Source: Octopus sinensis (Eukaryota). From it: DNA of 64,000 nucleotides. The stretch's first letter is position 1. Each line of letters starts with the position of its first letter. Positions 11,856 through 24,691 of the stretch are shown here, one piece after another. Location: the NCBI RefSeq assembly GCF_006345805.1, contig NC_042997.1:108314001-108378000 (forward strand). The letters are read 5' to 3'. Under the pieces are notes generated by a model. That model was not told the DNA's origin and did not search any database. It saw only the letters and a list, made by a program, of their open reading frames with translations. A program made the position numbers and the translations under genes.

Positions 11856-12386
11856 AAAAATATATATATAAGTCCAACCCATGCTAGCATGGAAGGCAGA
11901 CACTAAACAATATACACACACACATGTACATAGACGTATATACAGACGTTTGTGTATGTGTATACACTCACTTGCAAATATTTACTAATATAAACACACC
12001 TGTATGTAAACAAAGATTTCTACTTAAATGTTTTATCTTTGTGACATTTTGGTCTTAAATATTCAGAGATTGTCTTTTATAGAATCAGTCTGTCTGTGTG
12101 TCACTCTCGATACATATCAGCATTTTTCTAATCAGTTTACGAAATAACAATCAGAAAAACAAGAATATTTGTTCCTGGTTAAAAGTATTCCAGTGACACA
12201 TGTTGTTATTTGGCCTTATCTCTCTCTTTCTCAACTGGTGACTGATATTACATTTCATTCAGAGTGTGAAATCAAAAAAAGAATGTTTGCTTTGAAGAAT
12301 ATTTATGAGGGGGGGGGGGTGATACATAGACCATACTGTGAGTGTAAAATATATATTTACACTGTGTACACACACACACACGCATA

Positions 12387-12755
12387 TCTCTCTCTGTATA
12401 TATATAAACGGCAAAATGTCTGTCTGTGTGTGTGTGTACGTATCCTTTATACAAATCCACAATTTTTCAGTTAGAGGGCTCGCACTTTCTATGGTCATTC
12501 AAAACTGTCCAAGGGTGGTCGTGCACACCTTTACATTTCCCCAGTCACCCCGCAAAGCCATTAAAAAATCAATAGAAGTGAGTTTTTTGTGAATTTTCTA
12601 TCCAAATCCCAATCAAAATGCCCGAAACTTGATACACCAGTTGAATGCCAGCTAGCTGTATGTGATTGGTCAGAGATTTGGACAGTACTCACGTGTATGT
12701 ACACACGCACGCAGCTGTATATGCATGCACTAGCACTATGACCCGGCATTGCTAG
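12387..12755 (+). mobile_element. Non-autonomous Helitron, second subfamily
   Basis: A|TC start, CCCGGCATTG-CTAG|T end; 5' end shared with 7316-7694, interior different. Confidence 0.7.
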
Positions 12756-12999
12756 TATATCTCATCACATCATCATTTAATGTCTGCTTTCCATGCTGGT
12801 GTGAGTTGAATGATTTACAGGGAACTGGAGAAGTACAAGGTCACAACTTGAAGCTCCAGTGTCATCTTTGGTAAGGTTGCTATGACTGGATTCCCTTCTA
12901 AATGGCAACCACTTTACAGAGTGGCACTGGTATTTCTTGTGAGGTTTCCATGAAACCTGCAAAACTGGAAAAGAACCGAGAAAAAGGAAAAGGGGGCGG

Positions 13000-13745
13000 A
13001 AAGCTTTCACTACTGAGAGGAAGTATTTGGGTGGGGAAGATGGAGGTGGGTGGATTATACACCCCCCCCGGGTCTTGATAGCGGGGGGGGGGGACAAGCA
13101 TAGGGGTCTTGCTGTAGAAGAGAGATATAACTGAAGGAGATAAAAGGAGGAGAGTGATAGCGTGAACCAAAGGGAGGATGTGGACAGAGCCATGGGAGGG
13201 GTTGAGAGAGTGGATGCTTTCGGAAGAGGGGGGGGTAAACAGAGAGATATAGAGGTTAATGTAATGAGTGATGAACAAGGATGGCGTGGGGGTGCAGTTG
13301 AGAGGGGTGATGTGGGAGATAAAGGAGTGGATCAGGAAGGAGAATAGGGGAGAAAATAGTAGAATGATGTGTGAAGAGGGAGAGATAGGGATGTGTAAGA
13401 GGCTATTAGAGTGGGTGGGTCATGATGGTGGCTAAGAGAAGGGCCATGAGAATGGTAGCAGACAGGAGAGTGTGTTTACAAAGGAGTCTAGCAGAGGGTG
13501 GGAGTGAGCAAGCAGTGGCTGAGGGTACAAAAAGGAGGTGATTGGTTGAAATGGTGTGGGTGGAGATGATGAGGAATGTGGGAGACAGTTAGGGAGGGGC
13601 TGGGATATAATACATGCCAATTCTGCTCTCAAGGTGAGCACAGCAGCCAAATGATAGCATAGATGGAGGAGGGATGAAAATGGGGGGGGGCTATACCTGA
13701 TGTGTAAGTGTGAGGAGGAGAGAGAAGACCTTGCACATAAAAGCA
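13000..13745 (-). mobile_element. Purine-rich, heavily decayed retroelement fragment, possibly Penelope-like
   Basis: Strong strand asymmetry like 14320-14745 and 7020-7310; no unambiguous motif. Confidence 0.3.
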
Positions 13746-14319
13746 TAACTGATGGTTTTATTATATCATATATGCTATAATGGATGTATCATCTTTATAA
13801 CAAAATTCCACCTTACTGGCACCTGTGCTGGTAGCATGTAAAAAAGTACCATTTGAGCATGGCCAATGCCAGTGCCACCTGACTGGCACTTGTGCTGGTA
13901 GTACATAAAAAGCACTCACTCTTGGAGTGGTTGGCATTAGGAAGGGCATCCAGCTGTAGAAATCTTGTCAAATCAGACTGGAGCTTGGTGCAGCCTCCTG
14001 GCTTGCCATCCTCAGTCAAACCCTCCAACCCATGCTAGCATAGAACGATCATGATAATATATACTGTTTCTGGTTACCTTCTCTGTCTTTGAGCAGTTTA
14101 AAAGTTCTCTCCCTTGATCATCATCATCATCATTATTTTCCACCTGCTTTTCATATTGATGGATTGAATGCTCATCAGAATCCAGGTCAAACTTTATTTA
14201 GAGTGCCCCGTTAGACATCTTGTATGTTTTAGCTTCAGTGCAACAATCGGATGCGTTTCCTAACAGCAAACACTTTACTGAACACTCAACGTCCCATTTT
14301 ATTGTGAGCCTAACATTAG

Positions 14320-14745
14320 AGAGGCTGTGCTTTCCCAATAACTCCTAAAACAGACAAGATTTTAGAAGAGAGGACGGAAGTGATTGGATGGAGCTTGCAA
14401 AGAGATGAAAATAAGGGTGAAGTGTCCAGGTGGACCCTCAAGTTGTGAAGTGAATGGAACAGAGGGACCAGGAGTGTGGGTGGGTGGAGGTTGTTAGAAA
14501 GTACAGGAGTCAGAGGGAGAGGGGAAGAGGGGTAGGTTTGAAGGGTGAAAGTAGTGAATGATGGATGAATCAATGATGCAAGAGTTAGGGGAAGTAGGGA
14601 GAGTAGGAGATGACTGACAGTACAGAACAGCAGAATAGTAATGATGATACAGTAGACAGGAGAAGGACAAGAGAGGGAGAGAGAGAGGTGGTATTGTAGT
14701 TGGGTAGGATGGAAGGAGGTTGGTGTAATGCCTTTATTGGTGTTT
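14320..14745 (-). mobile_element. Decayed Penelope-like GIY-YIG endonuclease-region fragment
   Basis: Minus translation has LSCPSPVYCI (cf. FxCxSxNVIYCI) and ..RVHL...H....LSVLG spaced as in PLE endonucleases; motif match judged by eye. Confidence 0.4.
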
Positions 14746-16167
14746 TCAGTCAGCAACTGCAAAAATGTTTCTGGTCCCTAACTTTTGTGGAGGATTAATC
14801 CAGTGACAGGTTGGTTTCTAATAACAACAGTTTCAATGAATGAAATTCCAAACTTGAATTTTAGATAATGCAAAATCTAATCCTGGACAAATTAATGAAC
14901 ATTAATTAATGCAATTTATATTGGCAACCTGCTGCTATGTGTTTGGTGTAGCCTTTACTGAGATAACTGGTCAAATACTGTAATCATATCTGGCACAATG
15001 AATATGGAGAGTTTATTCCAAGTGTTTAACAGGTTCCACAGTATATTTGGGTCTAATCTCACATCATTCATCCTTGCCAGGGCTTTCAACAGCTTTGAAA
15101 AAATATTTTCACAAAAGATCTCTCTCTCACTCATACACACGCACAGCTTGAGAAAGAGGTACTCAACACATTTGGCAGGAGTTACATTTTGGCTAACTGG
15201 GCCAACTGGGCTGGACATTATAGAATGAGTGGATGGAATGAATTTCATTTTATTATTCTTGAAACCTTTTTACATAAACCATCAAACTTCCCATTGATTT
15301 CTTTTCTTTTTCTTTTAAATTCTTAGAATTTTCTTGAACATTCTAACTTTTCTCATAGTTTACCTCTGAAATCCACATTTTCTCACCACTTGTTGTCGTT
15401 GTGTATGGTGTGCCAGGTGTCCATGTATATATTTATAACTTGTGAGAACAAACTGCCTCGGATATCAGACCCACTGACTTGATTATCCTTTTATAATAAT
15501 TTAATATAATTTGGTCCACCGCTGCACTCATTATCATCACCAAACTTGTGATCAGAGGCATTGAATATCTCCTTCCTGGTTCTCTATGACCACATTTGTT
15601 ACCATAGCAACCTGAGAAAGGTGTGGTAACATTATACAGTAAATAGAGCATGTGTAATTGGTGTGACTAGAATGGAATGTACTTCCCAAAGCAATGGGGA
15701 GAAATATTTCTTCTAATTATATTTTTAATATCATTTCTCGTAGTTGAACCATAACTGACAGCATGACAATGTAGAATGATAAATGACTGTGATTGCAATC
15801 GTGTTTGGCGGCGGCGAGACACTCTCAGACCACTTAAAAAGTTCTTTTCTTCATATTATTTATACTCTTAGATGTTTTTGTTGAAGGTCTTCCAACTGGC
15901 TGAATTGACCTGGAGGTCAAACCACTCAGGTTATTTGGGACTATTTTACCAGAAAAACATTAGATACCCCTGTTTAATGAGATTCCATCAGTTGCAATGA
16001 TGACTCTACCAGTTGATCCAATCAATTGTTCTGGCTCTTTTCGTAGAAATGTGAGGTGAAGACGGACAAGGTGGACTTGGACATTGTGTGACAGTTACTG
16101 TTCTTTTACACTTATAAGTGATGGACATTCACTGCACTATATAGCTTTGTGTGTGTGTGTGTGTGAA

Positions 16168-16209
<42 letters not shown>

Positions 16210-16500
16210 TGCATAGCTCAGGACCTAGAGCATTGGGCTTACAGTCATAAAGTTCTGAGTTCAGTTCCCAGATCAGGCTGTGAGTTGTGTTCTTGAGCAA
16301 GACACTTTATTTCACGTTGCTCCAGTTCACTCAGCTGTAGAAATGAGTTGCGGCATCACTGGTGCCAAGCTGTTACCTTGGGTAACATCAGTAGTGTGGA
16401 GAGGGGAAGTTGGTATGCATGGGCGACTGCTGCTCAGGCTTGTACCTCAGAGGGGAACTTTCTAGGTGCAACCCGTGGTCATTCATGACCAAATGGGGTC
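16210..16500 (+). mobile_element. tRNA-headed SINE family D (TTGAGCAAGACACTTTATTTCACGTTGCTCCAG core)
   Basis: Homologous to 46066-46300, 18676-18960 and 40360-40462. Confidence 0.7.
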
Positions 16501-18173
16501 TTTGAGTTCAAGTTAAGTCAATGTGTGTGTGTGTGTGCCATGTAAAAACACACATGTGCCAGTTCCTCATAAATGGGCACTTGTGTTGGTGCCCAGTACA
16601 CTCTGTAGAGTGGCTGGCATTAGAAAGGGTATCCAGTCACAGGCACCATGTCAAAACAGACTGGAGCTTGGTGCAACCCTCTGGTTTGCCAGCCCCTGTC
16701 AAATTGTCCAAACCATGGCAGCATGGAAAACACATGTTTGATGATGATAATGATAATGATGTATTATGTTTCCATAATCAGGGTTCTTAGCTAAAGAATC
16801 TCTATGATACAGTAAAATGGTTAGGCTGTTTATTTGGAATAACAATTCTTTGACAATTTCAAATCTGATTCAGTTCTTTCCCAACAAATTTGTAACTTCC
16901 TGCCAATCAAAGAAATCCTTTGCACTTTTTAAGGGTCAGCATGCAACTGACTAAATTCTAGAACAGTCCTAGATCTCTTCTACTATTTTGCTCTCTGTTT
17001 TCACATTCTAATTTCAAATGTCATTGGAATTTCACTCAGCCTTTCATAGCAGTAATATGTGTAGGCCAATTCAACTGACTACATTCTCTTCCTCCCTCCT
17101 ACAATGGGTGTTCTTCTCCAATCTGACTCATCATCATCATCATAAAGGATGGTGAAATAACAAAATCATTCAAGCATGAGACAAAATACTTTGCACTGTT
17201 GGCTCCAACTCATTATGTTCTGAGTTCAAATGCAGCCAAGGTCATCTTAACCTCTCATCCTTATGGGGTTAATTAAAGTCAAGTAGTGCACTGAATTTTA
17301 TCTATCAAAGCCCCCATCACCACCACCACATCATTTTGTGTCTAAATTGAAAACAATTATTGTTAAGGCAATGAGCAGATTCAGAAAAAAAAAAATTGGT
17401 ATTTGTTTCAGCTTTTGACTGTCTGAGTTCAAATCCTGCTGAGGTCCACTCAGTCTTTTATCCTTTCGGGTCTGATAAAATGAAGTAACAGTTGTAAGAG
17501 TCGAGTACTGGACTCAATATAATTTACTGACCCTTAAAATTGCTTGCCTTCTGGAAAAATTTGAAATAATAATGGTTTAAGGCTAAGTCAATAACATTGA
17601 CCCCAGTATTCAACTGGTATTTATTTCATCAAGCCTGAAAGGATGAAAGCCAAGTTGACCTTAGTGGAATTTGAACTCAGAACATAAAAACAAATGAAAT
17701 GCCACTAAGCACTTTACCCAGTCTGCTAACAATTCTGCCAGCTTACTGCCTTAAAATAATAATAATAATAATAATAATACCACCAATAATGATAATACTG
17801 GCCACTCCTGTCGATTTTGATGTATGAGTGTTTGAAAGAAAGGATTAATAAAAAGGGGGAAAAAAGTGTTGACAAAAAAAAAAAAGAATCTGCTACTCTT
17901 TGCACTGGATGCATGAATATCGTTTGAGTCCAGGAATGGATTTTGCTATGAAGTCAAAATAGGGACAGTAATGATTTCTTTTACTATGGAATCCTTCAAA
18001 AAGACCATTCAAAAGAAGTTTTAGAATGTGATCAACAAGCCTTTCCCTTCTGCACCGAATCCTCAACAGCTTCCCATTTAGGAGATATGGCATTTTCATA
18101 AAATTTTGACATTTGATATCTTATCTTGCCATTTATGTTGCAGAAATAATAATAATAAATAATAATAATAATA

Positions 18174-18634
18174 AATGCCCTAATGCAATACCAAGCAGTG
18201 GCTCTCATGGCTTCTTATCTTCCTTGACCTTAACCAGTTGACCTTGTCCCTTAGTGGCTGACGATATGTGCATCTCTGATCATGAGCAGAAGTAGTGGGG
18301 GAGCATCATAGCCATGTGATGAGAGGAATTCTTTGGGGTTTGAATAATTCACCTCTGGAAACATGGGTCTTTTGTTCAACATCCTTAAACAAACCTCATT
18401 CAGGGACCTTTTGAGCAGGATGGGCTACCCGACCTGAAGAAAATTCTAACTAGGCTCCACCTGTAAGGCCATGCGCTGTTGTTTATCTTGATATGAGATC
18501 AGCATGTCATGCACATATGGTTGTGATGCACGTGCCTAGTGTACCCTTATCAGATGGGTAGTTATGATGGGTATATTAGGCTTCGTATATTTTACTCCAG
18601 TGTCACTTTGATGGCATGCACTGCTCTCTCACTC
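18174..18634. mobile_element. Repeat family embedded in (TAA)n, probably a LINE terminus
   Basis: About 18395-18634 is the reverse complement of 44573-44810; both copies are bounded by (AAT)n/(TTA)n. Confidence 0.7.
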
Positions 18635-18641
18635 AATAATA

Positions 18642-18676
<35 letters not shown>

Positions 18677-19689
18677 GCGGACACATAGCCTAGTGGTTAG
18701 CGTGTTGCACTCATGATCACTACATCTTGGTTTCAATTCCTAGACCAGCTGGTGCATTGTGTTCTTGAACAAAAACACTTCATCTCACATTGCTCACCTA
18801 TCACTTCAACACCTGGTATGTGGCACATTGTGTACCTGTTCAGGTAACGTTGATTTGGTGGAAGGTGTGAGCTAATGTATGGCACTTACATTTGATTTGC
18901 TATAAACCAATCGTTTGTGCAGGTCGTTTGGCAAAAAGCTGAACTTTCATGGGTCATCCTCGATTATTATTATTATTATTTTAAGGCATCAAACTGGCAG
19001 AATTGTTAGCATGCTGGGTGAAATGCTTAGCGGTATTTGGTCTGCTGATACATTCTGAGTTCAAATTCCACCGAGGTCGACTTTACCTTTCATCCTTTTG
19101 AGGTTGATAAATTAAGTACCAGTTACGTACAGGGGTCAATGTAATGGACTAGTCCCCTCCCACCTGGCCTTATTATGCCTTTAGTAGAAAGGTGTATTAT
19201 TACTATTATTATCAATATTATTATTATTATTATTATTATTATCATTATTATTATTATCATTATTATTATTATTATTATTATTAGTTGGTGGATTAGCAGA
19301 ATCCTTAGAGTGCAACAAAATATTTGGCAGTATTCCTTTTGACTCTTTATGCTCTGAGTTCAAATTCTGCATGAGTCACCTTAGTTCATCATCCCTGCAG
19401 GTTCAATGAAAATACAATACCAGAGAAGTATTGGGCTCTGTGTGATTAAACCAAGTCCCTCCCTTCAAAGTTGTTGGCCTTAGGCTTATATTAGAAACAT
19501 TTGTTATCGCTGCTGATGGTGGTGGTGGTGGTGCCGCTCATTCAAGTCAACTTCACGAAATACTTTCTTCAGTTAATAACTTTACATCAAAACTTTATCA
19601 TCACAAAATTATCATTTCCTTCTGGGTTAAGGGGAAAGGTTAAGCTGACTGTGTGTGTGTGTGTGTATGTGTTTGTGTGTGTGTTGATG

Positions 19690-19724
<35 letters not shown>

Positions 19725-19903
19725 GGCTGAGTGGTTAAGGAACTCACTTTACAGTTATGAGATTCTGGGTTCAATCTTTCTGGTGCCTTTCACCTGTTTT
19801 GGGTCAACTCAAAAGTTGTTGGGATTTAAATTAGGTAGACAGAAACTGTGTGGAAACCCTTCATTTGGATTGTAGTCCCCCTGTCACAGAGGGAGTCTGC
19901 TGG

Positions 19904-20130
19904 ATCATCATCGTCATCGTCATCATTATCATCATCACTGTCATCATCACCATCGTCATCATTATCATCATCATTATCATCATCATCACCATCGTTATCA
20001 TTGTCATCATCATCATCACCATCATCATCATCACCATCGTCATCATCATCATCATCACCATCGTCATCATCATTATCACCATCGTCATCATCATTATCAC
20101 CATCTTCATCATCATCATCATTATCATCAC
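19904..20130. repeat. Compound (CAT/CGT/CAC/TAT)n trinucleotide array
   Basis: About 75 trinucleotide units with higher-order CATCGTCATCATCATTATCAC pattern; explains the poly-S/I/M ORFs. Confidence 0.95.
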
Positions 20131-20230
20131 AGCTGTAAAACTCAGAGATTTCTTCGTCTTCAAGATTCTAAGGATTTCCTGTCGGATTGAAAGAATTTGT
20201 TAATGACTCTTCTGATTCTTCTATTTGTAG

Positions 20231-20400
20231 GAGTCACAATGGATCCACGTCGGCAGCAGTTACATATGACGTTAGCTTACCAATACTCAAAGGACCAGCA
20301 TGAACGTCTTTTGAGATATGCCAAAGAAATAGATTTGAATTCTGATGTGAAATGGGAATTTCGGTTATATTCTCGTGATCCAAGGGCAGGAGAATGTGAG
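20231..20400 (+). CDS. UBASH3: UBASH3-like exon, second HxT motif (GVTMDPRRQQLHMTLAYQYSKDQHERLLRYAKEIDLNSDVKWEFRLYSRDPRAGECE)
   Basis: Acceptor tttgtag|, donor GAG|gtgagt; LHxTLAY and WExRLYSRD family motifs. Confidence 0.93.
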
Positions 20401-20475
20401 GTGAGTACCCAAGGGCCGTTTACCATTTTTCTAACAATTTGTTTCAAGGTGTCTGAAATTGACCTTGTCCTCATC

Positions 20476-21247
20476 TGTTGCTGAACTCTCTGTAAAAACT
20501 AAATTTTGATCTTCTTTACTGACCACACTTGGTGACCCCCCCCCCACGTGTAGCACCAGCCAAGGGTTGGCTTCACACTTTAAGACTGAAAACTCCTTCA
20601 ACACAGAAGAGCTACCACCTCTCAGCTGCAGAGTTGTCTCCCTATGCAGGAGTACTTCTGTCTTGTACAAGTTTGTCCTGACACATGTTCTGGATATGTC
20701 CACCTTCTTTCTTGACATCGGTTCTGATGTAAGAAAGAAAGAAAAATCTTATACTTGTGTAGACAACCGTAGTTGAATCCATGTCCGAACGTTGGTCATC
20801 TGGAGTTATCTCCCCTGGCCACTTCGTTAACAATGAGGTGGCGCTCGTGAGATAGGGGATAAAAAGACGTGCACAGCCAAGAACGGTCTCTTTTGCTGAC
20901 CAAAGCAGCCTGCTGCTACCTGCATTGTCTCCCTCTCTGCTACTGGACTACCCAGCATCGATTTGAATTGAGTGGAATCCACTATACCAGTCATGGAAGG
21001 TGGCAAGACGAAAACCTTTTTTTATTCAACTTCCATTCTGTTCTGTTAAATGTTAAATATACAAGCCGTGTACGAATGCTCTCCTCCCGGATTGGAATAA
21101 ATATACCATGTACATGAAGGCCTCGAAAACTAATACGAATTGTTGTTTTTCACTGGATTAATTCCTACAGCTATTCGAAGGATGACCGGACATTATATTT
21201 AAATTAGTGGGCTAAAAATCCGCTAAACTTGCCAACACCCTTCAACA
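20476..21247. mobile_element. Possible solo LTR
   Basis: TGTTG...CAACA termini, higher GC/CpG than flanks, internal GATAAAAA and AATAAA; no TSD found. Confidence 0.35.
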
Positions 21248-21930
21248 AGTTTCTCACAGTGAAGCAATGTTATCTTTGTACCACTGCATCAATGGCATCT
21301 CTGCTCCTATGAATTTCATATGCTCTCCCCTCCACACACACACACACTTCTCCATGTGGCCCTTTTGCTATGTTCAGCCCCCCCCCCTCTGCACTCCCAG
21401 TTCATGCTTCCGTCACAGCCAGCTACTTGACCACCATCAGCTCTATAGAATTCTTCCTATTCGTCAACTTTGAAGGGCCTCAAAACACTGTAGTCTGCTG
21501 TTCATAAAGAAATTCTAGGAAACTTCTAAATTGATTGAGTTGGTAAATTATCCAGCCACTAATTAAAGAGTCAGGGGTTCAAATCTTACAGCCAGTGTTG
21601 TTTGTGTTCAAAGACATTTTATTTCATTTTACCAAAATAACATTTAGAAATGGTTGAGTAATTAACTGCAGCCATCACACCTGTCTCCAGGTGAGATAAA
21701 TATTGATTTAATAATACACTTGACCACTTTGTTTATTTTGTCGTTCAGTTTACAAGGACTGGATAGAGATGGTAATTAAAGAATTTTCCTGAAAGTAAAA
21801 GAGATCTTTATTTCTTTAAATGTCTTTTGAAGAGTGATTAGACAAATTACAATAATTAACCATTTAAATACCAATTCAGTGTCACTTCTAATACCACACA
21901 AATGCCTTTACAAATCACACTTCACTCTGC

Positions 21931-21934
<4 letters not shown>

Positions 21935-22016
<82 letters not shown>
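21935..22016. repeat. (CA)n microsatellite
   Basis: Direct. Confidence 0.98.
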
Positions 22017-22018
<2 letters not shown>

Positions 22019-22629
22019 AGGCCAGCACTGCCTAAACAGGGGCGTCAAAAGCTTTTCTATTTGAAAAGCAAAAAAAAGAACGTTCAAAAGCTGTAAATAT
22101 TAAATAATATTTGAAACTATAATTGATTGATTTATTGATTAATTTATTGTCTTTAGGGTTTCAACCACCCCACCTTCCATTCAGGCCCTCCCCCCATTCA
22201 GGCCCCTTCCTTCCATTCTAGACGATGAACTTTTATTATTTTGGTATAAATATTTTGTGTGAAGACTGTTGAATGTGTGTGTGTGTGAGAGAGAGCATGT
22301 ATATGTAGAATTATGTGTACGAATGTCTCTGAGGGTATTCATATGAGCTGTATGTGTTTGTGCGTAAGTTTTGTTTCATTTTCTCCCCATTTTTCAATGT
22401 TTGCTTGTGGATTGATTCTTCTATTCATTTCATCCTTTTTTTATCACATGATTTATTCATTTAAATACTCCAGCATGGTCAACCAAATCTTTGCAGAGTG
22501 ATTCTTTATAATAAACATTTTTTCCTTGATGATGATGATGATGATGATGATTTCATCGCATATTTTTTTTAAATTGTATTTTACATTATTTTATTGTGTT
22601 TTTTCATGATTAACACTGTGAATTTATTT

Positions 22630-23390
22630 ACCTCAAACTGCATTCAAGTATCTTTGCTGAATACTTTTTCTGTTTGGATTAGAAAATCCAGGTCTTTTTC
22701 CATTTTTGTATACAGCTTGAGGTTATCCATACACAGCTGGTGATTGATTTTCACCTTGAGTTTTGGTAAACTCATAGCCAGACCTGGATTTTTTCAGGAT
22801 ACTTTACAGAGGGATTAACACAAAGATGAAGAGTAACGGAGACAGCGCATCGCCCTGGAAAATCCACCTGTGTACTTTCATCTTCCCTAACAATTCATTT
22901 GTGTTTGTTAGTTCTATTTCCCACCATCTCATTACTCTCCCACAAAATCAGCTGTATGGAATATTATTGTGAGTTTTCTTATTGTCAATCCTTTTCTACT
23001 TTAGGCACAAGGCCTGAAATTTTGGGGGAGCAGGTCCATTCAATTGGATCGACCCCAGTACACAACTGGTACTTAATTTATCGACCCCCAAAAGGATGAA
23101 AGGCAAAGTTGACCTCAGTGGAACATGAACTCAGAATGTTAAAGACAGACAAAATACTGCTAAGCATTTCACCTGGCATGCTAACATCTCTGCCAACTCA
23201 CTGACTTTTTCTTATAGTCTGTCCAACTTCTGAAATTCTTCTTTCTTACTCCTACCTCTTCATTTGCCATTCTACCATCAATATACAGCAGACCAGCAGT
23301 TCTCCTTGACTTCTTTCTGCATCCCTTTTGCTCCTCTGGAAATAAATTCTCTTTCCAGAAGCTTATACACTTTGTCTACTTGGAGGCTAG
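22630..23390 (-). mobile_element. Decayed R4/Dong-like RT fragment interrupted by a family B SINE (about 23010-23200)
   Basis: Minus translation gives FPEEQKGCRK, WTDYKK, IFQGDALSPLLF (about 22828-22865) and KINHQLCMDNLKLY. Confidence 0.8.
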
Positions 23391-23473
23391 TAAATAAATT
23401 TTTAGAGTAATGGTAATTATGTAAAAGATTTATAATCCCTGATTTCCCCAGATGATGATTATGAGGATGATCA

Positions 23474-23770
23474 CTGTGACCGACCAGGCTATCAGATGTT
23501 GCTACACATCGCTGGTCACAATGTGCTTCGCATTGTTTTAGCCTTCAAATGATGCCACTCTGTTGGCTAAGCGAGCAGGCCAACAGAAGAAAGAGAGCGA
23601 GAAAGTTGTGGCGAAAGAGTGCAGCAGGGATCGCCACCACCTCCTGCCGGAGCCTCGTGGAGCTTTAGATATTTTCGCTCAATAAACTCACAATGCCCAG
23701 TCTGGGAATCGAAACCATGGTCCTACGACTGCGAGTCCACTGCCCTAACCACTGGGCCATTGCACTTCCA
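23474..23770 (-). mobile_element. tRNA-headed SINE (family D-related 3' part)
   Basis: Minus head TGGCCCAGTGGTTAGG (A box) and GGTTTCGATTCCC (B box); tail shared with 42340-42420. Confidence 0.8.
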
Positions 23771-23920
23771 CATATATATAAAAAGTAAAAGAGTCAAAAG
23801 GAAGAGTAAGTATGATTAGGCAGCTTTTTAATCACTACAAATGTTTTGAGACCTACAGATCCTCGTATATATAGAATTTAAAGTTAAGTTAAGTTTAAAT
23901 TAAATTATGTCACAATTTAC

Positions 23921-24181
23921 CTGTATAAGAAGATCTCTATGTATCTACTTAGGCTATACTCAGTTGCTGTTTCTGTAAGCAAAATCTAGATTTCCATGCT
24001 ACAACATCCATGGCTTCTTCTTTGAAACCAAGAAATGCTGATAGTTTCAATTTGCTTGGTATGAGTGTGTTCTCACGTTCGACATGAGCCATAATCCAAC
24101 GAATAAACCAAAAGCAAAATAAACTGCAACCATAACAATATCAGTAATACTCAGAGATGTGCTTGCAAACACTTCAGCCAT
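23921..24181 (-). pseudogene. SLC5/SGLT-like (sodium:solute symporter) N-terminal coding fragment, antisense in a UBASH3 intron
   Basis: GCCATGG start; MAEVFASTSLSITDIVMVAVYFAFGLFVGLWLM aligns ungapped to SGLT1 [20 protein letters not shown]; in-frame TGA at 24049-24047; weak FLVSKKKPW (cf. FLAGRSMxW) downstream. Confidence 0.6.
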
Positions 24182-24292
24182 GGCACAGCATTAACCAAAG
24201 GTGGAAAAATTAGGGAAATTTCACACGGATCTGCTTAAATATTCACACATTCTTAACAGAACACACCTCAACTGTATATATATATATATATA

Positions 24293-24670
24293 CACTACCG
24301 TCAGAAATTAATTAGCACCCTTGATTTGCTCTTCACTCAAGGTATGTGCTGTCACCTAGTGGCCATATCTCGAACTATTGCTTTGTTGCGAGTTCACTGT
24401 TGCACAGAACGATGACGTAACTTTGTTTGCAGAGCAGTTTGAGAGTCTACAGCCTTATGATGTTGACATAGCAGTGCAACAACAACTTGGAGTGTGGATG
24501 CAGACAAATTCCTTTGTTTAATAGATATAGGTAGCGCCTCGCAAGGACCGAAATCACACCATACTAAGTTTTCTCATCGCGTAAGACGTTTTGAACAGCT
24601 CATAGGTTAATTGATTTAACCTATTTAATGTAGAAATTTGAGAAGTGCTAATTAATTTCTGACGCAAGTG
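24293..24670. mobile_element. Tc1/mariner-like MITE in (TA)n
   Basis: 26-bp TIRs 24293-24318 / 24645-24670 (2 mismatches), CACT...AGTG ends flanked by TA. Confidence 0.85.
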
Positions 24671-24691
24671 TATATATATATATATATATAT

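Noticed and set aside
19848-20203. Poly-Ser, poly-Ile and poly-Met ORFs
   Set aside because: Translations of the (CAT)n array
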